Made by a program: the position numbers and the translations under genes | The notes under the pieces: generated by a model | What the model saw: the letters and a program-made list of their open reading frames with translations, nothing else | Database searches by the model: none | What the model was told of the DNA's origin: nothing | NCBI GenBank assembly: GCA_017541305.1 | Contig: JAFXZJ010000055.1 | Coordinates: 25,778 to 89,777 of the forward strand | Length of the DNA: 64,000 bases | Direction: 5' to 3' | From: Clostridia bacterium | Lineage (GTDB): Bacteria; Bacillota; Clostridia; Christensenellales; CAG-138 | Shown here: piece by piece, positions 59,945-64,000 of the stretch | Layout of the letters: each line of letters opens with the position of its first letter | How positions within the stretch are numbered: the first letter of the stretch is position 1

Positions 59945-60430
59945 TTAGTCACCATTTAGATAGAACTCCCTCTTAATTTCTAACATTCTGCTTTTCATAT
60001 TAGCAACTATCATAAACCCCGCCTTGTATCCAAAGCCGTAATCATAACTCACCATATTTGAAAGGCGTCTTTCATCACTTGTGCAGCCTTTTCGATTGGT
60101 ACTCTTTTTCATTTCAACACATATAAGATTTGTAAAACCATACTCGTAGGATTGCCCTCTTTTATGAACGATCAAGTCGACTGTTATCGGCGCATCGTAC
60201 ATGCGTTTTTCAGCCCTGTCTTTACCGTCATAACCTCTGTTATACTCTACATCAACGACATAGTCATGATAATCCGTTCCAATTAGAGCTTTTGACAAAT
60301 GCATTGCAAATCTGGCGCAAACACATCGCTCACTCAAGTCGTTTTCCAAAAGGTACTTTTCGCAAGAGTTAAAGCTTTCAACGGCAGTGCTCACGATTCT
60401 TTTCAGTTCGGCGTTCATAATAATCTCCAT
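59945..60430 (-). CDS. Hypothetical protein with possible PD-(D/E)XK nuclease-like motif
   Basis: ITVDLIVHKRG...NLICVEMKKS (D...ExK pattern). Weak call. Confidence 0.4.
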   Translation of the reverse strand: MEIIMNAELKRIVSTAVESFNSCEKYLLENDLSERCVCARFAMHLSKALIGTDYHDYVVDVEYNRGYDGKDRAEKRMYDAPITVDLIVHKRGQSYEYGFTNLICVEMKKSTNRKGCTSDERRLSNMVSYDYGFGYKAGFMIVANMKSRMLEIKREFYLNGD

Positions 60431-60547
60431 TTATCAAGTTAGTCCAGTCAACCACCAGTCAACTAAATGTCATCATCAAAAAGCCTTTAATATCAATGCT
60501 TTTTATAGCCTGACACACGTCAAAATCAACTATGGATCAACTAAAAC

Positions 60548-62011
60548 TCACGCCCAATACGGCAGATATTTTCTGCTCTTATCGGAGGTGTATTCGGGCG
60601 AAATATAGATCAGCCCGGCGTTGCAGGTATCGGTTAGAAGCCTCGACACCATGGAGCTGTTCTTCTTGTCGATATTGAATCTTTCCCGAAGCGAGGAATT
60701 CGTCATGTATTCGCGATTCACTCGTTTGAGGCAGGCGTGAAGATAACAAGCGCGCAGCCTGTCGTCCCGACTCATCTTTGCGAATTCCTTATGCGCATAA
60801 AGAACGACCTTAGTATGGTCGTTATAGATCTCGATCTCCGGCGCGGGAAGCTGGTAAAACTCGGTTTCAAAAACGACCTTATCGTATCCGCTGCCGCGTT
60901 CCTCACAGACGCCTATGCGCCGCATAAACGACGCAAGCTGCTCATTGCGGGAGATTGGCGGATGATCGACGAATCTTGCCTTATCAATGAGAGGCGCGCC
61001 GGGGTTTGTTATCTCCATGCGGTCGCTGAATATCTCGATCATGGGGCCGGTGCCGATCATATAGAAATTCTGGTGTATCAAAGCGTTTGCGATAAGCTCG
61101 CGAACGGCGATATCGGGATACATCGGAACGACCTTCCTCAAAGCCTTACCTATAATTTCATTATTCGGCAGGAGATTTGTCACGAAAGAGATCAGACCTT
61201 CAAATCCACTCGCATATCCCTTGCCGCCGACCTGCTCCTTGCTTGCCGCGCTGATCCTGTCCTTGCCCTCGTACTTGATTACCCTGACGGCTTTGCGCTC
61301 AAGCGACGGGAAATCACTGAGTCTCTTTGCAAAAAGTATCGCGCCGAGATTCGTGATGTTGTAATTTCCGGTTTCGGCTTTTGCAATGAGCTTATCATTC
61401 AGCAATGCTTCCAGTATTTTCTTCTTGTCCGACGGAAGATCGGCCGAAAGCAGATCGAAGTATGAAGAATAATCCAACTCACGCAGAACGAAATCACCCG
61501 ACACGTTTTCCATGGCGATGAGCGTTTCAAAGGGTTTCTTGGAGAAGATCGCCCAAAGCTCGCGCTCGGTATCGGGATAATCCTTGAGCTTCTTTTTGTA
61601 TGAATCGATACGGATGTAATCGACAGACCTGAACTTAACGGGCACGCTTGAGGCGCGTGCGATCTCGAGCAAAACTACGCTTTTGCCTTCCATCTCCGTT
61701 GTGTGGAAATAGAACTGTACCTGCGGATCGAGCTGTGTACTTATCCACAAATCGAGGCCCTGGTTCCCGACCTTTGTCTGCTGGGGGATGAAAGACGTCC
61801 CGACGATCTCGTGCGTTGTATCATCAACGCCCCATATCATAAATGCGTGTTCCTGATTGAACAGCGCTGCTGTGTTTGACAGCGCGCTTATGTACTCGCC
61901 TATCTGCTGCGGATCGACGATGTTGGTTTTGAACTCAATCCAAGGCTGCTCGTATAAGTGCTTTCGTGCCTCATCGATTATTGAGTTTATCATATTGTTA
62001 GGGAATGGCAT
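60548..62011 (-). CDS. AlbA_2 (Schlafen-like DNA-binding) plus HATPase_c_4 divergent AAA domain protein, putative regulator
   Basis: Architecture typical of proteins annotated RecG-like/ATP-dependent DNA helicase C-terminal domain: ...RELIANALIHQNFYMIGTGPMIEIFSDRMEITNPG.... Confidence 0.65.
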   Translation of the reverse strand: MPFPNNMINSIIDEARKHLYEQPWIEFKTNIVDPQQIGEYISALSNTAALFNQEHAFMIWGVDDTTHEIVGTSFIPQQTKVGNQGLDLWISTQLDPQVQFYFHTTEMEGKSVVLLEIARASSVPVKFRSVDYIRIDSYKKKLKDYPDTERELWAIFSKKPFETLIAMENVSGDFVLRELDYSSYFDLLSADLPSDKKKILEALLNDKLIAKAETGNYNITNLGAILFAKRLSDFPSLERKAVRVIKYEGKDRISAASKEQVGGKGYASGFEGLISFVTNLLPNNEIIGKALRKVVPMYPDIAVRELIANALIHQNFYMIGTGPMIEIFSDRMEITNPGAPLIDKARFVDHPPISRNEQLASFMRRIGVCEERGSGYDKVVFETEFYQLPAPEIEIYNDHTKVVLYAHKEFAKMSRDDRLRACYLHACLKRVNREYMTNSSLRERFNIDKKNSSMVSRLLTDTCNAGLIYISPEYTSDKSRKYLPYWA

Positions 62012-62285
62012 AAACGCACCTCCTCATATTAATTATATCATTTATTATGCGATCAGTCAACTAATCAATTCGAAACAATCAAGATAATTTTAGGCAATTT
62101 TAATTGGTTTTTATGTACGATTGTTTGATGCAACAAATCATGCTGTATAAATCAATCAAGTAAAATAGTTTATCGGTTTGCAATATCAAAAAAGCCATGC
62201 TTTATAAGCACAGCATTTGATTTCGACTAATTCAATTCGCTTCCATATTGTTCATGAATATGCAATGAGCTCAAACACCATTTCG

Positions 62286-63062
62286 TCAATATTCATCTGT
62301 TATACTCAGATATTCCTCCAAACACAGTGAGTGCTCGTAAATGTACTCCGCCGCATTCTTCCCTACATAGCGGAAATGCCAGGGCTCGTACTGGACGCCC
62401 GTTATGTGCTGCTTGTCATTTGGGTAACGCAGTATAAATCCGAAACGGTGAGCGTTTTGCGCGAGCCACTGCGCCTCGGGAGTCAACTCATAGCCGGGGT
62501 TTGAGTGAGGGCAGCTTTCGCAGAGGATGTCGAAGGCAAGGCCTGTGGTGTGCTCCGAGCAGTTGGTCGGCATCAGCTTTACGGGATTGTTGTACGGATC
62601 GCTGCCGTAGGTCGGATCCTCTTTGATCTTACCCTCCCACATCATCTGCTGCTCCCAGATATAGCGGAACGCGCTTGCGATTATGAAATGGAAATCGCAC
62701 TCCTGCTCCGCGGCAAGAAGCATCTCATTAAGCGCCTTGACCGCGGTCTCGTTCGCATGGCGGCGGGGATCGCAATAGACGTTGTTTGCCGTGAGATAGT
62801 CGCAGACGAGTACGACGGGCGGCTCTTCATAGATCTGATGATCGAAATTGACGAGAATCAGAAACGGATCGCCCGACGGTATTGGGGACCAAGTTTCCGT
62901 CGGGCCTGCCGTATCCGAAGGTGAAGCGAGTTCAAACGGGCGTATGGCTTCCGTTGCTGAAGTGTTCTCCTCCGGATAGATGCCTAACGTATCTTTTGCC
63001 GAGCATGCGGCAAGAATAAACGCCGATACCAATATTATCGCCATCAAAAACAGTTTCTTCAT
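62286..63062 (-). CDS. VanY-like D-Ala-D-Ala carboxypeptidase (M15 family) lipoprotein
   Basis: Lipobox ILAACSA. SEHTTGLAFDI zinc-ligand motif. C-terminal EPWHFRY. Confidence 0.75.
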   Translation of the reverse strand: MKKLFLMAIILVSAFILAACSAKDTLGIYPEENTSATEAIRPFELASPSDTAGPTETWSPIPSGDPFLILVNFDHQIYEEPPVVLVCDYLTANNVYCDPRRHANETAVKALNEMLLAAEQECDFHFIIASAFRYIWEQQMMWEGKIKEDPTYGSDPYNNPVKLMPTNCSEHTTGLAFDILCESCPHSNPGYELTPEAQWLAQNAHRFGFILRYPNDKQHITGVQYEPWHFRYVGKNAAEYIYEHSLCLEEYLSITDEY

Positions 63063-63137
63063 AAAACCGCCTCCTTGCTTTGCTTAAAGCATAGGGGGCG
63101 GTTGTAAAATCGTTTTTTTGAAGTTGTAGCCGGGATG

Positions 63138-63992
63138 TTAACTATTCGGCAAATATCTGTTAAATATGCTTTCGAGTCCGGCTATTGTCAGAACTATGAT
63201 CATTGGCATGTAGTTTGAAAAGTATCGCCATCTCGCCTCCCAGAAGAGCAGGAAGAGCATCAGCCCAAACAGCGCAAGGCGCGGCGCGAAAAGATCCCGC
63301 GCGGTGCGTTTGCCTTTGACGTCGAGCACGCATGATACGATAAGCGGGATATAGAGCGCGATCAGCGCACCGGTGCAGATATGCTTGTAGACGGCATGAT
63401 GCTCCCCGTCCTTTACGAGAAAGCTTTGGAGCGCGTTGTCATCTCCGTGCGGACAGTCGAGACAGTCGGAAAGTCCGTACGTGCCGTCGCCGAAGTCTAT
63501 CCCGAGCTTCCTCGTGAAAAGCTCTGCATAATCGCCGATATCATAGCTTTTCAGCCTTTCAAGAAGTCTTTCCTTCACCGCGTTCCTGCGTTCCGCGGTA
63601 TCCTCAAAAGACTTTGTGAATGCGTACTCGTTTCTATTGTACGTACCGTTACCCACAGTTCCCATCATCACCCAATGGAGAATAGGCGTTTCAAGCCTTT
63701 TAGCCTCCCTCCTGTCAAGATGTCGGAATATGATCCCCTGCGCGGCAAGGGAGCAAGCCAACATCAATATTGCGGTTATGGGCAGCATCGGGACGAACTT
63801 TTTCAGGTCCTGATTTAGCACAGCGTCGACGATCACGGCTATCAGCATTATTACGACCGTAGCCTTTATGCCGTATCCCACTCCCGCGGCAAGGCCCATA
63901 AGGGCAAATATGAGGAGCCTTTTTATCAGTTTTTCCTGCTCACGCGCAGCGAGATAGAGGCTGAATATGAGTATCGGAAAGACCATCGTCAA
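63138..63992 (-). CDS. Polytopic membrane protein, possibly 5'-truncated by the window edge
   Basis: Multiple hydrophobic helices. The ORF opens 8 nt from the window end, so the true start may lie upstream. Confidence 0.45.
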   Translation of the reverse strand: MTMVFPILIFSLYLAAREQEKLIKRLLIFALMGLAAGVGYGIKATVVIMLIAVIVDAVLNQDLKKFVPMLPITAILMLACSLAAQGIIFRHLDRREAKRLETPILHWVMMGTVGNGTYNRNEYAFTKSFEDTAERRNAVKERLLERLKSYDIGDYAELFTRKLGIDFGDGTYGLSDCLDCPHGDDNALQSFLVKDGEHHAVYKHICTGALIALYIPLIVSCVLDVKGKRTARDLFAPRLALFGLMLFLLFWEARWRYFSNYMPMIIVLTIAGLESIFNRYLPNS

Positions 63993-64000
63993 AGCATCAG

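Overview
This 64-kb window is from a high-GC Firmicutes/Clostridia-like chromosome and has three parts.

**1. Positions 1-17.6 kb: anaerobic cobalamin (cbi/cob) locus.**
- A lipoprotein CbiK homolog on the minus strand runs off the left edge of the window.
- Two divergent sigma-70-like promoters each feed a cobalamin riboswitch. One riboswitch (minus strand) controls cbiK. The other (plus strand) controls a BtuCD-like ABC permease and ATPase followed by cbiA-C-D-F-G-H, a CbiJ-CbiE-CbiT fusion, cbiB, cobD and cobQ.
- Downstream lie a CBS-DHH pyrophosphatase and a GNAT acetyltransferase.

**2. Positions 17.6-27.3 kb: ordinary genes with one insertion.**
- An ADP-ribosylglycohydrolase locus carries a 2.7-kb low-GC insertion flanked by a duplicated 5' gene fragment.
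- The rest is a MarR regulator, an alpha/beta-hydrolase fused to a membrane domain, an ArsR regulator, an HD-domain protein and two membrane proteins.
- The section ends with a tRNA-Leu(TAA) gene that has its own perfect promoter.

**3. Position 27.4 kb to the window end: mosaic genomic island(s) integrated next to the tRNA-Leu 3' end.** A 21-bp copy of the tRNA 3' end recurs at 55.16 kb. The most notable content is a candidate novel system:
- Three paralogous proteins share a zinc-ribbon-TPR-TIR core but carry different C-terminal modules: a transmembrane anchor, an RCC1-like beta-propeller, and a coiled coil plus a DUF6273-like domain.
- These are interleaved with a multi-zinc-ribbon SPFH (Band-7) protein, a 4-TM coiled-coil protein, small zinc-ribbon and membrane proteins (one copy decayed), an RHH protein and a HepT/MntA toxin-antitoxin pair.

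Further right the island contains:
- A type-II-like CRISPR repeat remnant (36-nt repeats, 29-30-nt spacers) fused to the 3' fragment of a serine recombinase gene.
- An ISLre2/UPF0236-like transposase.
- Lipoproteins (L,D-transpeptidase-like, transglutaminase-like, PTP-like), a STAS protein, a DAACS symporter and an azoreductase-like flavoprotein.
- An ImmA/XRE regulatory pair.
- Two mirror-image MobC-ParB-small ORF-large serine recombinase modules that converge on the att repeat.
- A second element carrying LexA, a PD-(D/E)XK-like protein, an AlbA_2/HATPase_c_4 protein and a VanY peptidase.

Many long ORFs in the supplied track are antisense artefacts of high-GC coding regions; these are listed under rejected items.
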